Source: Octopus sinensis (Eukaryota). From it: a DNA stretch of 64,000 nt. The position numbers and the translations under genes are program-made. The notes under the pieces are model-generated. The model did no database searches. It worked only from the letters and a program-made list of their open reading frames with translations, and had not been told where the DNA came from. The stretch lies in NCBI RefSeq assembly GCF_006345805.1, contig NC_043002.1, positions 1-64,000 of the forward strand, given 5' to 3'. Below, in pieces: positions 35,385 through 49,251 of the stretch. Each line of letters starts with the position of its first letter. Position 1 is the stretch's first letter.

Positions 35385-36066
35385 TCTGTATATATATAAG
35401 GCAGGATGTGTGTGTACGTGAATGTAGTTTATGCACATCCACAAAATAGCACGCATGTCACTCAAATTTTAGGACATTCGTCACGAATCTAGCTGTATAT
35501 TCGTCAAATTATTTTCTCCCGAGGCACCCGTCAATAGTGGTAAATAATTTTGAGCCATACTTCTATCAATTTTCACGGCGGAGAAATTCACCATTGTTTA
35601 CAAACCAAACATGAGTTAAGTCCCCTTCTAGCGATGGTGTAAAGAGAGGGGGAGAGAGAGAGAGAGATAACAGATTTTTAAAATTTCTTTTTATTGAGTG
35701 ATTGACAGACAGGGGTTGTTATGTATGTGTGAATGGCTTCAGACACACACACGAGCATGTATGCGTACAAAACACATGCATGCAATGTGTGTGTGTGTGT
35801 GTGTGTGTGTGTGTTGCCCATATATATATATATATATGAAGGCGGCGAGCTGGCAGAATGGTTAGCACGCCGGGCGAAATGCGTAGCCGTATTTCGCCTG
35901 CTGTTACGTTCTGAGTTCAAATTCCGCCGAGGTCGACTTTGCCTTTCATCCTTTCGGGGTCGATAAATAAAGTACCAGTTACGCACTGGGGTCGATGTGG
36001 TCGACTTGATCCCTTTGTCTGTCTTTGTTTGTCCCCTCTGTGTTTAGCCCCTTGTGGGCAATAAAG

Positions 36067-36110
<44 letters not shown>

Positions 36111-37187
36111 GCACACAACATAAATGATATTCTCCGTTTCTCCACAACTAATTTCCAAATTAGCTGAATCCATTGTTCTACTCATAGCGATATATATAGT
36201 TGGTCGTGCGTGAACATGGGAGAGAGCAGAGGTTACCAGAGCAAAAGACCTACGTGTTGACTGTAGACAAGCTCCTTCGCAAACAATCAGCTATTTTTTT
36301 GTAAACAATGTTTCTTCCTGTTACTGGGTGCCAAATTTGCTTCAATTGATGGTATTACTCGGGTAGGAGGTGTTGGTGGGACAGTGGCAGGGGCAAAGGT
36401 GTGCAAAAACATGTATGCACATGTATGTACGTATATGTTTGTGTGTGTGTGTTGCCCATATATATATATATACTTAGTTGTGATCTGAATATAACCGCTT
36501 CTCACACAGATGATCGGGGGCCCTTTTGGGCGTTCTATTTTCCTTGCTGAAAGGGTTCTTAACCCATGGGCTAAGTGAGGTTACATGATGGCGGTGGTGT
36601 ATTCAAAGGGCTGGTATATGCAACCTGATCACGTCTGCCGATCAAACTCCCAACCCATGCGCTCCCATCACGACACTGATTCTGCAGAACTGGGTTGGAT
36701 ATGAAAACCAACTTTAAAGTATAAATATTGATGTTTTTGAATCAGCAATGTTTGGTTAAGTCCTATTTGGGTGAAAAATCAATAAACTATTTCCTTATGG
36801 GGTTTTCCATTTAATCAGGATAAAAAAATTATAGGACTTCCCACTAAAATTAGTTACACCCCATTTTCAACCATAACGTCTACCAATTTTGATGTATTTT
36901 GTTCAAACTTGATGCCAGCATTATTTAGGACTCTTGGGATCTTTGAATGTTTTAAGTTCTCCTAAACGAAAAAAAAAAAAATCGATGAGTGGAAAAAATC
37001 AATAAACCGATTCCTTGTTGGATTTCCCAATCAAATTGTCTGCAAAATTTCAGCCAAAAGTTTACCAATTTCAACAGATTTCACTCAAATTTGACGTTGA
37101 TGTTACTTAGTTTGCTTTGAAATAAAGAGCTTCATTATCTTAAATAATCCTAACTTAATCCCGAGCAAAGCCGGGCTATACTGCTAG
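35385..37187 (+). mobile_element. Non-autonomous Helitron-like element
   Basis: A|TCtgtatatatataagg 5' end. 3' hairpin cccgagcaaagccggg (37160-37175) lies 8 nt before CTAG|T. No TSD. Confidence 0.8.
35838..36068 (+). mobile_element. tRNA-derived SINE with Nin-type central domain, nested in the Helitron
   Basis: A-box tggcagaatgg, B-box gagttcaaatt, central gcctttcatcctttcggggtcgataaataaagtaccag. Confidence 0.9.
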
Positions 37188-37493
37188 TTTTACTTATAAA
37201 ATTTCTTGCAATTTTTAACTTAAATTTTTCTTACTAAATTATTTCTCTGATACTATCTTTTCATCTTGACTTTATTTTTTTACCTGGCACTTTTGTTTTT
37301 TTTATCATATTATGTTTCCCTTGCTTATCAGGACATTTTAAAATCTTATTTTCTTTTTACAGAAAACCCTCATCATTTGTTGATTACTACATCTTACAAT
37401 TATATCCTCCTTTACTCTCAGCTTCTCTTTTTTTTTTTTTTTTGCTTCCTTGCCTTTACTTCTATTTCTTCTCTCGTCTTCCAAATACCATAC

Positions 37494-37530
37494 TAGTTTC
37501 AGCTCACGAGCTGTGGCCATGCTGGGGCAC
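37494..37530 (-). mobile_element. Isolated 3' tip of LINE family A
   Basis: ctagtttcagctcacgagctgtggccatgctggggcac matches 5434-5471. Confidence 0.8.
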
Positions 37531-37924
37531 CGGTTGGTCCCTCTAGAGTTATTCCCCATTACATTCTACCTCTTCTCATTCTTCAAAACAAAAAAGGCCC
37601 TTTGAAAAGTTAAAATTCTATTTCTTGTTTCATCTTGCTAAAATTATTTGTACTTTGAATTTTATTTAACTGGATTTTGCTTATACAGAACATGGCTAGT
37701 ATTCTCCACTCCTAGTAACTTCTTTCTTGCCTAAATCCTCCAACTTTGACTAAGTTTCTGAAAAACTGAACTTGCAATTCCTGATAGAAAAAGGATGAAG
37801 ATACATAACCTTTCACAGCCCTTTGCAAGAACCTAATTTTTCTTATTTCTTTTGATACTAATCATCAAAAATATTTAAAAAGCTGGATAAAAATTCTCAC
37901 CCTAAACCAATAAAATAAAGAGAG

Positions 37925-40275
37925 TGTAGAGCACTGCCCAAAGATTTATGACAGATGAACTGTAGACAGGAATTTTGTTGTAGGCTAACTAGAAAGCTGG
38001 TCTGTGGTGAAGTTGACTTCCCGTTAAGTAGGCTTTCTATTCTAGCAGGAGTTGACCCTCATGGATTTAACTGATCTTTTGTTAACAAAATCTGGGCATC
38101 TGTTAATTTTTTTTGCATATAGCTTAACTAAAGTTATAAATGGTGATCCCACTGAAGAACGACAGCTTTCGCTTTGCACATCAAAGTAAATAGGAAATAA
38201 AAGAAAGATAGCAAACAATTACACAACAGCACTGAATCTACCACAATTCTGGCTGAGAAGGGCTGAGCTAGGGTTTGCACTGGTGGAAGTGCAATTCAAT
38301 GTACACAAAATAACTTGGGACCGAATGAAATACTCGTGCATAGTAGCGGCACTGGATGAAGACCCAGCAATGAGGGTACTGGATATTTTAACTCAACTCC
38401 CAGCAATGCACAAATACAATACATGAAAAACAGGCTGGGGGAGACATTCGAGTGGAGCAAACAGGAAGCAGCAGCCAAGATACTAGAGGAGGAATTAGGG
38501 ATTCCAAGCCTTCAGAGTTGATGGACAAGATGCTGGCATTAGTCCCTCCCTCCAGTGAATCACCTTCGTTTTTGTTTAAGGAAATATTCCTTCACAAGTT
38601 ACAACCCCAGGTCCAGGCCCCATAACTCAGACTGAGATGAAAGACTTGTGGCAATTAGCAAAAGTAGCCAACAAACATTTTTCATCCAGTGGTCAACACT
38701 TTAGGGTCAGCCCTGAGACATGGTAGAGTTAAGCAAGATGGCATCTGCTTCTACCACACAAAGGTCAGGAAAAAAACTACAAAGTGCAAACAACCGTATA
38801 GCTTGAGGACCCTTTGGCCATTGACCCAGGAAAACTCCAGTTCTAGCTACCATTGAATGCTCTGGTAGCCAGCAGACATGATAACTGCTCCCCTATGTCT
38901 GCACAGGAACAGAAGTCAGCATGATCTCAGTGTCAGCAAGGGACCTCTGTTATGGAAAGCGAGGCCAACCTTCAGTGGCCACCAATGGCTCCACAATTGA
39001 GGTATACAGTCACCACATTCTTTCTCTCAACATTGGCTCACAAAAATACATATGGGCATTTACCATCACCAATGTCCATCAACCTGTTATCATCAACAGC
39101 AACACATGTTTCCGTGTCTCTGGCAACATCTACACATGCCACCTTCTGCATAGCAACCGTCTCTCAGACCGAGAACAAATTCTTGAATCTCTTTGCGACC
39201 CTCCCCTATCTCACTATCCCAACATTCTTCAGACCTACTGCCATGACCAATTGTCCTATTAGCTTGGTGCAAGAAAGTTTTCAACATCATTCACAGACTG
39301 TGTCACCCAGGTACTAGAGCCACATGGCACCTGCTGTCAAGCAAGTTTATCTGGCCCAGTATGGTCAGGCAAACTGGGGACTAGGCCACGACCTGTATCC
39401 CTGTCAACAGGCCAAGGTCCATCAGTGCACCAAAGCATCCCTGGGCAACTACGAACCACCACAGGCCTGTTTCAGTCACATCATCATTAACCCTGTCAGC
39501 CTCCTACCACCTTCTCAGGGTTGCTCGTACCTTCTTACCTTGGTAGACTGCTACACTCATTGGCCTAAGGCTATCCCTCTCTGCAGCACGAAAACACAAG
39601 AAGCTAACTGTGCCTGCATCACAAACTGGGTTGCCCATTTCGGTGTCCCAGGCAGCATCTCATCTGATCGGGGCCCACAATTCACATCAAAGCTGTGGAA
39701 TGACAAGTGTGACCTTTTTGTAATCACAATGAAGTGCACAACAGCCTACCATCCACAGACCAACGGATTAGTGGAGAGATTTCACTGCTACCCAAAAGAA
39801 TCCCTGACAACCAGACTTAACAAGCCCAATTGGATTAGTCAGCTTCCATGGGTGATACTGGGAGTCAGCACCACCGCAGACGGAAATCTCAACACTTCTT
39901 CTTCCACAGAAATGGCGTATGGTGCCTCTCTTACAGTGTCAGGAGAGTTTCTTCCAAACACAAAATGACACTCAGATGTCAAAAGATAGCTCACACAACT
40001 GAGAGACAGTGTGGGCCAGTTGTGCCCTATTCCCATGCCAAAAGATGGTACACCCAGATCATGTGTACCAGGGGGAACTATATGTAGGGCACTGTCCAAG
40101 GATTTGTGACAGATGAACTGTAGACAGGAACTTTGCTGGTTTGTGGCGAAGTCGACTTCTTGTTCAGCTGGTTTTCTATTCCAACAGGACTTCATGGATT
40201 GAACTGAATAAATCTTTTGTTAACACAAACTGGGTTTCTGTTAATGTTTTTGTGTAAAGCTTAACTAAAGCTCTA
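37925..40275 (+). mobile_element. Old internally deleted Gypsy LTR element (CsRn1-like)
   Basis: Diverged LTRs start tgtag at 37925 and 40083. PBS tggtgatccc at 38141 resembles the tRNA-Trp PBS. gag LPQFW..AELGFALVEVQF; integrase 39324..39968 (SDRGPQF, YHPQTNGLVERFH); PPT ggggg at ~40071. No RT visible. Confidence 0.8.
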
Positions 40276-40574
40276 AGAATTCAATGAATTCATTTGTTAT
40301 CAAGCCTTGCCTTTCATCTGAGAGTAAAGAAAATGGAAAGGCACTGACTTTATTGAGCTTTCCTCTTCATTATCACTTGTTTCCTCAGATGGAATATTTA
40401 CCTTATATAGAATCCCTTATTTCTTGATGATTTCATTTTAGGGTGAGGATTGAAATTAGCATTGTATGAATTAGTTTAAGGATTATGATTAGCTTATCCA
40501 CATTCATCTTCTTTATTCAGCTGATTTTGTCTGACTTTTTATGCTATTGAGAAATCATTTCATCTGCTTTGCAG

Positions 40575-40850
40575 GTTAGTGTCAATGGTTACATTGCTTT
40601 TGGTGAAAAAAGTTATGCACAACCAGATGGAACTTTCCCTGCAGCCTCTCCTGTTTTGGCTCCGTTTTGGACTGCTTTCGACGTTGCTGCCCCTGGCAAA
40701 ATATTCATTGATAGTTATGAATATTGTAAAGATAAAGCAATATTAAATAGAATTGGTAACATGATATCGTCTGCCTTTCATGCTAAACATGCTGTTGTTG
40801 TGACATGGGAAAATCTTTCCCCTTATCCTGCATCTGAATTTGGAAATGAA
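40575..40850 (+). CDS. Host gene exon: NIDO domain (VSVNGYIAF...VLAPFW...VVVTWENL)
   Basis: ttgcag acceptor, gtaagt donor, 276 bp, phase 0-0, NIDO consensus motifs. Confidence 0.92.
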
Positions 40851-41922
40851 GTAAGTTGTAAATACGCTTTAATTTAAATTTCGTCTGTACGATTAATTTA
40901 TACACTTGTGTTTCAACGAAAGGTGATCTGTTAGATTTTCATGATTCAAATTTTCCTTTATTCATTTATTTATTTGTTTATTTTTAGTTTTTTAAGGATT
41001 CTTGTTAAAATAACACCATATTAGATTATCTAACTAAAGCTTTGCAATTATTTTCTGTCAAAAAAATCTCAATCCCAAACTGTTTATTGTTACCAGTTCT
41101 CATCATCATCACCACCACCACCATCATCATCACCACCACCACCATCATCATCATCAACACCACCACCATCATCATCATCATCATCATTTACCATCCGTCT
41201 TCCATGCTCTCGTAGATTGGATGGTTTGACAGGCACTAGCAATGCCAGGAGCTTCAACAGGTTTCATAGTCTGTTTTGGAATGGCTTCTACAGGTTGGTG
41301 CCCTTCCTAAAGCCAACCACTTTACAAAGTGTATTTGGTGCTTTTTACATGGCACCAAGCCTTCTGGCTGTTTAAAGTTGTTTAAGATAATTCCTGTATC
41401 CATTTCATGTCCATTTTCTATGCCAGCAACGGTTGGAACAGAAGAGAGTGATTTGAGACATGACTTTAGGGCCAGATGCTCTTTGTGTCAATCTTTCCTG
41501 CTTTTCAAGTAAAAGACTTTTTTTTTATTCCAGAGGTTTTCATAAGCACAGTGCAATCAGTCCTAATGTCAATGGGGAATGTCAACAATATGTTTGGCTC
41601 AATGGAAGCAGCAAATGATCAACACTCATACTATAACTTCTTATAACATATATGCACACACACACACACACACACACACGTTTTATGCTACAGAAATTTT
41701 AGTAAAGGAGGGTTACTTCTATGTGGCCATTCACCTGGTTAAGAACTCTCACATTGCTATCTCAGAAAATGGAGAAGACACATTGGATGAAATAGTCCTG
41801 GATATGTTAAAAGGACATACTAAGATGCAAATTGATGAGAAGGAATTAACTCAAGTTACGCAGATCATCATCATCATCACCACCACCACCACCATCATCA
41901 TCACCACCACCATCATCATCAT

Positions 41923-41954
<32 letters not shown>

Positions 41955-42074
41955 TCATCATCATGTCCATTTTGCATTCTGGCACGAGTTGCATCACATG
42001 ACAGGATCCAACAAGTCAGTGGACTTCAAAGTTTGCTTTGGCATAGTTTCTGCAGCTGGATGACCCTGGAACCC

Positions 42075-42340
42075 TAATGCTAATGGTTCTGAGTTCAATT
42101 CCTGACTGCATTGTATCCTTCAGCAAGATGCTTTACTTCATGTTGCTCCAGTCCACTCAGCTGGCAAAATGAGTTGTACCTTGTCACATTCTGTGTCTTG
42201 CTGGACCTCCCCGAGAACTACATTAAGGGTTTGTGTGTCTGTGGAGTACTCAGCCATTTGCATAATAATTTCATGAGTAGGTTGTCCTGTTGATATTCTG
42301 GAACACTCATTGTCATAGCTGATAGAGTACCAGTTATATA
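42075..42340 (+). mobile_element. tRNA-derived SINE (different central domain)
   Basis: B-box gagttcaattcc followed by ...ccttcagcaagatgctttacttc..tgctccagtccactcagctggcaaaatgag. Confidence 0.65.
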
Positions 42341-43129
42341 CTTGGTGCTTTTGAAATCACTATGCAGCTCACAAGACTAAATGCGACTTTAGTAGAGTGG
42401 CAAGTGACTTTATGCTAGGAAACAAGAAGTTATAGTATGAAAGAAGGGCCAAAACCAGGAGATGTATAAGCTATTCACTTGATAGAAAAGAAGGTGGAAG
42501 CAACTGGGTTGGAGAGAGACAGATGGTAGCGACTAGGGTTAGGGTGGGCCCTCAAGGTAGGAGAAGATGAAAAGAAATAAGTGGGTAGAGAAGAAAGGGA
42601 ACGGTAGGGAAGAAGACATTACAAGAGAGTGAGGGATAGTTAGAGATGGAATAGATACAAGGAATAGTGAAGAAGTATTGAAAGGTGGTTGATGATAAAT
42701 ATGAGTTGGAGGAAAGGTAGAGGAGAGTAGGGGATGACTGGCAGTACAGAAAAGGATGAAGAGAAATTTTTTATAATATCCCCCTAATATCTAGATTTAA
42801 TATAGTTGAGTTTATCTCATGAAGCTCTACACTAATTTTATATCTTTGAACCTCTGCCCTATTTGGAAGACAAAACAAGTAAAAAAAACTTGTTTCTTGT
42901 CATCATGATTATAATGAAGTTTACTCTATCACAATAATTACCATCCTCATTATTATACGAATACTTTTTAATTAAAATGAAATTAAAATGAATTGGTTTT
43001 AAATGAAAGAAATTTTTATTTTATACATAACATTATCAAATTTTCTAACTTTCCAACTCTCTGGAATGAATAAATGTTGAAGATTGAATGAAAACTAATT
43101 TTTTGTTTGTTTCGTTGTTTTCTTTCCAG

Positions 43130-43322
43130 ACCATCACATTCCAAAGCATTCTGGTTTCAAATGGAACATTCTTCTATGCTATCTTTAACTATGACAAAGA
43201 CAACGTAAAGCTAAATGCAGAAGCTAATCGAGATATTTTGGTTGGCTATGGCGATGGTAAAGGTGGATCTACTGTTTTTGCTCAGGATAAAAAATTCTTC
43301 AACTTATTAGAGGCAGGAAATG
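43130..43322 (+). CDS. Host gene exon: NIDO domain (TITFQSILVSNGTFFYAIFNYD...VGYGDG...)
   Basis: ttccag acceptor, gtatgt donor, 193 bp, phase 0-1. NIDO TFQxxLxxxG..YAxFNY motif. Confidence 0.92.
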
Positions 43323-43894
43323 GTATGTTGCTTTAATTCATTTTTGTTAAAGTTCTCTAATTGTTCATCAAAAATAATTAACTGAAATATAAATATATTG
43401 GCATGTATAATTACCCAACAACGAATGTAACCATTTTGGTAAATGAAGCTAAGCAAACTTTTACGTCTGTCAATGTTTCTTCACTTGAGATTCCTGTACA
43501 TTCTGTTTATCTATGTTCTTGTAAATGGGTGCAGCAATGTCAGATGGTTAAGAAGTTCACTTTGCAGTCATGGGATCCCAGCATCCAAGATTCAGTCTCA
43601 CTGGATGATATCTTAAAGCAAGTTTTTTTTTTATCAAGGCTTTGGATTGAACCAAACCTTGTGCATAAAATATAGTTGACAAAAACTGCATTGGGTTGTC
43701 TGTGGCTGTCATTTCAACCTCCAACCTTGTTCTTCTCTACGATGTTGGTTCTGCCTGACTGTTATATTAATCTTTATATAAAGCTGTCTGTGGCTCATAC
43801 ATCGACATACAATGAGCAGATTGTGCAGTTGATTAAACACCTCAGCAGCACCAACACTGTTCATGGTTCATTTGCTTGTGTACCTGTAATTATT

Positions 43895-44030
43895 GTAGGC
43901 ACAGGTATGGCTGCATACTGAGGAAGTTCACTTCTCAACTACATGGTTCCAGGTTCAGCTCCACTGCATGGTACCTTGGGCAAGTGTTTTCTACCATAAC
44001 TCTGGGCCAATCACACAAACTGGAAGGAGC
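43895..44030 (+). mobile_element. Decayed tRNA-derived SINE (family of 47661 and 57712)
   Basis: catggttccaggttcagctccactgcatggtaccttgggcaagtg. Confidence 0.75.
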
Positions 44031-44113
44031 TTGTTGTGAGGATGTCTGTGTATAGTATCTGTCTCTGTGTGTGTGTGTGTCTCTCTCTCTCTCTCCCTCT
44101 CTCCCCTTTCCCC

Positions 44114-44147
<34 letters not shown>

Positions 44148-46585
44148 CATCATCATCGTTTAACGTCTGTTTTCCATGCTGGCATGCATTGGATAGTTTG
44201 ACTGGGGACTGGCAAGCCAAGAGGTCGCACCAGGCTCCAATCTGATTTGGCAATGTTTCTACAGCTGGATGCCCTTCCTAATGCTAATCACTCCGAGAGT
44301 GTAGTGGGTACTTTTTACATGCCACTGGCATGGGAGCCAGTCAGGTGGCACTGGCACTGGCCATGTTCGGATAGTGTTTTTTACATGCCACTGGCATGGG
44401 GAGTCAGTCAGGCGGCACTGGCATCAGCCAAAACTACAATTTCCATTTGATTGTTATTTGATTTGATTTTCATTGTCATTTTGACTTTACTTGACTCAAT
44501 AGATCTCCTCAAGCACGGCATATTGCTCGACGATTCAAAGGTACTTTTTAAATGGGCTGGTTATGTGACACTGGTGTAGGCTCTGGCTGTGATCTCACTT
44601 TCCTTACCGGGTCTTCTCAATCACAACGTATCTCCAGAGATGTTGGTCTCCTGTCAGTGCCTCTGTGAGGCCCAACGTTCGAAGGTCATGCTTCACCTCA
44701 TCCCATGTCTTCCTAGGTCTCCCTCTACTATGGGTTCCTTCCACTGTTTGGGAGTGGCACTTCTTCACACAGCTCTCCTCATCCATACATAGCACATGAC
44801 CATCCCAGTGCAATCATCTCTCTAGCACACCACGTCTCTCAGGGTGCTTACACTCTGTTGTGTGTGCACACTGACATTACACATCCAGCGGATCATACTA
44901 GCTTCATTTCTTTCAAGCCTACGTATGTCCTCAACAGTCATGGCCCATGTTTCACTGCTGTGTAGCATGGCAGTTCGCACACATGCATCATACAATCTAC
45001 CTTTCACTCTGAGTGAGAGGCCTTTTGTCACCAGTAAAGGTAGAAACTTTCTGAACATTGCCCAGACTATTCTTATTCTAGTGGTGACACTCTCTGAGCA
45101 TTGACTCCCCACTACAGACTTGGTCACTTAAGTAGAAGAAGCTATCAACTACTTCTAGTTTCTTCTCCTGGCATGTGAAGGAATCAGTTTTCTGAGCATC
45201 TTCGGTGTTTATTGCCTCTGTGCATCTGCTGCACACAAAAACTATCTTCCCAGTTAACCTTCCTTTGATGTTGCTGCACCTCTTGTGCATCCATAGCTTA
45301 CACTGGGTATATCTTATGGAGTTTCTACCTACACCTTTTCTACAGATCGAGCAGCGCCACCTACCTGAAGGGGTTTGTGATGTGTTTGCATTTCTACTTA
45401 CTAGAGACTTTGGTGTTTGCAACATTGACTCTAAGGCCCTTCAATTCTAAACCTTGCTTCCACACCTGAAATTTCCTCTCTAGTTCTGGCTGTGAATCCA
45501 CTCTGAAAGCAAGGTCATCAGCATAGAGGAGCTCCCAGGGGCAACCTGTCTTGAATTCCTGTTATTGCTTGGAATACTATGATGAATAAGAGGGGGCTGA
45601 AGGCTGATCCTTGGTGAATCCCTACCTCTACCCGGAATTCTTCACTATACACATTGCCGACCCTTACCTTACTAACGGCATCCAAGTACAGGGCCTGTAC
45701 AACTTTTATTAACCACTTGTCAATCCCCAGTTTCTACATTGCCCACCAGATAAGAAGCTTTCTCCAAATCCACAAAAGCCAAGTATAGGGGTTTATCTTT
45801 GACTAGGTATTTCTTGCGTACCAGGAATATAGCATCAGTGGTGCTTCTACCTGGCACAAAACCGAACTGCATCTCATCTAAACAGACTCTCTCCCTAATT
45901 AGTTGGGCTATGACCCTCTTCATGGCCTTCATCACCTGATCCAGCAGTTTGATACCCCTGTAGTTATTTATATCTAAAGCATCACCTTTACCTTTGTAGC
46001 AGTTGACTATGGTGTGCTGCTATGCCACTCATTGGGTATGGCTCTTTCATGAACTACCTGGTTTACAATATGGGTGACTAGGCCATAACCCACACCACCA
46101 GATATTTTAAGCATCTTAGCAGTTATTCCTGATGGACCGGAGGCTTTTCCTGGCTTCATACCCTTAATTGCTTTATCTACCAGAGTGCTGTCTATTCGGA
46201 TAGCTGGTCCCTTTACAGGATCAGCATTGGGCAGGCTCTTCTCCTCCCATTCATTCTCCACATTCAGCAGTCTTTCATAATGGCTTCTCCAAGCCTCTTT
46301 CTTTTCACAATCATTAAAAGCAAGTGCACCATCATCCATGTAAACACATTTCTCTCCTGTGACATCACAATTTTCTCTCACACACTGTCTTGCAATCTGA
46401 AATACTTCAGTTCTTTGATCCTTATATCACTGGACATTGGCAGACTTCTTCTTTTCTGCTTCTCCCTTGGCTATGTAAACATGTCTACCAGCCTCCCTTC
46501 TGACTATCTGGTACAGTTCCCTGCTGCCCCTACTCTTCCAGGTCTTCCAAGCCTGTTTCTTTGCTCTAATGGTCTTGTCTCCCAT
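44148..46585 (-). mobile_element. Degraded RTE LINE copy
   Basis: Broken ORFs 46007..46381, 45720..45935, 45078..45425, 44822..45127 and 44604..44813 are homologous to 12304-14395. (GAT)n tail. Confidence 0.9.
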
Positions 46586-47660
46586 AAATAGAATTAACAG
46601 ATAAACTATGTGTAAAGGAATATATATTTGTGTGGAGTTAAATTGTTTTGGCATATTTCAACACATGCCGAATGAATGATATCGTTATATTAGATCCTCT
46701 TTTAAATTTGGGTATATTTGAAAAAGTAAGGAAACATCTTTCCCATGTCTTCTCAGAGCACCAGACTTTTGTGTGTCTGTATCTATCCATCCATCTATTT
46801 ATCTATCTAGCTAGCTATTTAAGTTCTACCAATTATTAATGGTAAATATATATAACAGACTGACTCTTTAAAAAAGAGAGATTATGACTGATAAAATAAT
46901 GAAAGCAATATTTACCAAGCAAGTGAGCACTGTTATACAAAGAAATAATTAGACTAAAATATCATAAAAATTATTAGAATTGGGAATCAAATGTGGAAAT
47001 ATTATCGAATGGCTAGCAGAAAACCACCCGGGGTGGGGGGATGCAGTCTTTCTGCTAGTTATATCTAATAACTGTTGTAATCTACTTATTCATATTTACA
47101 TAAGCATTATTCCTAGAATAAATACCAAATTACTTGGTTTATCAAAGGAGAAAAAAAATATTTTTGTAAGTCAAAGTTTATATCATCATCATCGATTAAC
47201 ATCCGCCTTCCATGCTGGCATGGGTTGTTTATAAATAAAGTGACTGTATAAAAAAAGCTGGAACTACGTACTTGCAAATAAATGTTTTGATCACAATATG
47301 GCATTAGATAAAATTAATTATTTATTATTATTAATTGTATCACTAATTAATTAATTAAATCAATTTTTTTATAAATGTATAATCATTTAGTATAACGAAG
47401 ATAGCTTACTTAAAATTTATAATTAATATTTAACTACAAATATGATGATATATTTTACAGTCAATACAAATATTTTTACTAGAACTTAATATGAAATAAT
47501 CTGAATTAATCCACTAAGAAATCTTTTTTCCTCAGACGTTCACATTTTTATATAATTTAAAAATCTAAAACAACAAGCCTTTAGTCTCAATACGAGAAAC
47601 TTACAAGGGATTCAGTATCAAATTAAACCTTATTTTTCCTGAAGGAATAAAATATATATA

Positions 47661-47830
47661 ATGCAGGTGTGTCTGTGTGGTAAGAAGGTTGCTTCCCAAC
47701 CACATGGTTCCCGGTTCAGTCCCACTGTGTGGCACCTTGGGCAAGTGTCTTCTGCTATAGCCTCAGGCTGACCAAAATCTTGTGTGTGGATTTTATAGAT
47801 GGAAACTGAAAGAAGCCCGTTGTATACCTG
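47661..47830 (+). mobile_element. tRNA-derived SINE
   Basis: gtgtggtaagaaggttgcttcccaaccacatggttcccggttcagtcccactg...gaaactgaaagaagcccg. Confidence 0.85.
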
Positions 47831-48420
47831 AAGGGATTTGTGATTTGCCTGCCTTCCTACTTAGACTTTGGTTCTTGCTAGGTTAACTCTATGGCCCTTC
47901 GATTCTAGACCTTGCTTCCAACTTTTCTAGTTCTTGTAGTGTTCAGCTACAAGTGTAAGGTCATCAGCATAGAGGAACTTTGCCTGGAGGACTATGATGT
48001 GGTCTGAAAATGGTGTGTTGAGCACTCATTTTTATTTGTTTGATGTTTCATCATCACCTTCATTGAAAGTCTGTTGTCTATGCTGCTATGGGTTAGACAG
48101 TTTGACTAGGGCTAGTAATCTGAGGGGCTGCACCAGACTCCTGTCAGATTTGGCATGGTTTCTACAGCCGGATGCTCTTCCTAATGCCAACCACTTCAAG
48201 ACTGTAACGGGTGCTTTTATGTGTCACTGGTATGAGTTCCCGTTGCATGATACCAGATCTGCCACGACTATGATTTCACTTGCCTTGATGGCTCTTCAAC
48301 TCAAGTTTTGAATATTGCCAAAGGTCTCAGTCATTTGTCATTGCTCCTTGAGAGGCCCAATGCTTGAAAGGTGCTTTTTACATGCTACCAGCTCAGGTAC
48401 TAGTTACACAACATCAACAT
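47831..48420 (-). mobile_element. Rearranged RTE fragments
   Basis: ggtcatcagcatagagga (YADD, antisense) and RTE tail motifs. Confidence 0.7.
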
Positions 48421-48440
48421 GGCATATATATATATATATA

Positions 48441-48750
48441 GGCGCAATGGCCCAGTAGTTAGAGCAGCGGATTCACGGTTGTAGGGTCACCGTTTCGATT
48501 CCCAGACCGGGCATTATGAGTGTTTATTGAACGAAAACACCTAAAGCTCCACAAGGCTCCAGCAGGAGGTGGTGGCGATCCCTGCTGTACTCTTTTGCCA
48601 CAACTTTCTCTCACTCTTTCTTCGGTTGGCCTGCTCGCTTAGCCAGCGGGGTGGCGTCATTTGAAGGCTAAAACTATGCGAAGCGCATTGTGACCAGCGA
48701 TGTGTAGCAACATCTGATAGCCTGGTCGGTCACGGTGTTCACGGTGATAT
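48441..48750 (+). mobile_element. tRNA-derived SINE (third family) inserted in (TA)n
   Basis: ggcgcaatggcccagtagttagagcagcgg (A-box) and gtttcgattccc (B-box), with (TA)n on both sides. Confidence 0.8.
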
Positions 48751-49013
48751 ATATATACACATACATATCTTCATTATACATATATATATATATATATATA
48801 TACATATCACTTCATTACAGCTGTTTCCAGTGGATTTCATTAATAGATTAATGGGCACATTGCATCCTTGAAGTCCTGTACGTGAATTTCTATAACTGTA
48901 TCATTCAATAAATATAGTCCTCTACTTCCAATAGTATCAAGATCTATCTCTTTTGTCATTACATGCAAATTGTTGATATACATCTTTCTGTCACTTAGAA
49001 ATATATTTTTCAG

Positions 49014-49251
49014 AAGTCTATGGATTGAGAAAAACATTTAAAATGGGAAACAGAACTGAAAGTTCCTTGAATTGTTTGGAGTGGCATTGTAAAAGTGAAA
49101 AGCAGTTTCATATTGACTCTTTTGCAATTCCATGTCCCTGTACACTGCAACAAGCACAGTTAGATCTTACTTTTAAAGGTGTAACCGGAAATACATGTTA
49201 TGAAAACCGTTTCCCTATAAATGGTACAATACAGCGCTGTTGTTATTCACA
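49014..49251 (+). CDS. Host gene exon: NIDO end / AMOP start (EVYGLRKTFKMG...CLEW...PCPCTLQQAQLD...CY...QRCCYS)
   Basis: tttcag acceptor, gtaagt donor, 238 bp, phase 1-2. AMOP CxxW, PCPCTxxQAxxD and QxCCY motifs. Confidence 0.92.

Noticed and set aside
35838-35920. tRNA genes (also 47661, 48441, 57712, 58043)
   Set aside because: A/B boxes are present but there is no complete cloverleaf or pol III terminator, and each continues into a SINE body.
41860-41965. Poly-Ile/Thr or poly-His ORF (41579..42001)
   Set aside because: It derives from a (CAT/CAC)n triplet expansion of an RTE (GAT)n tail in an intron.
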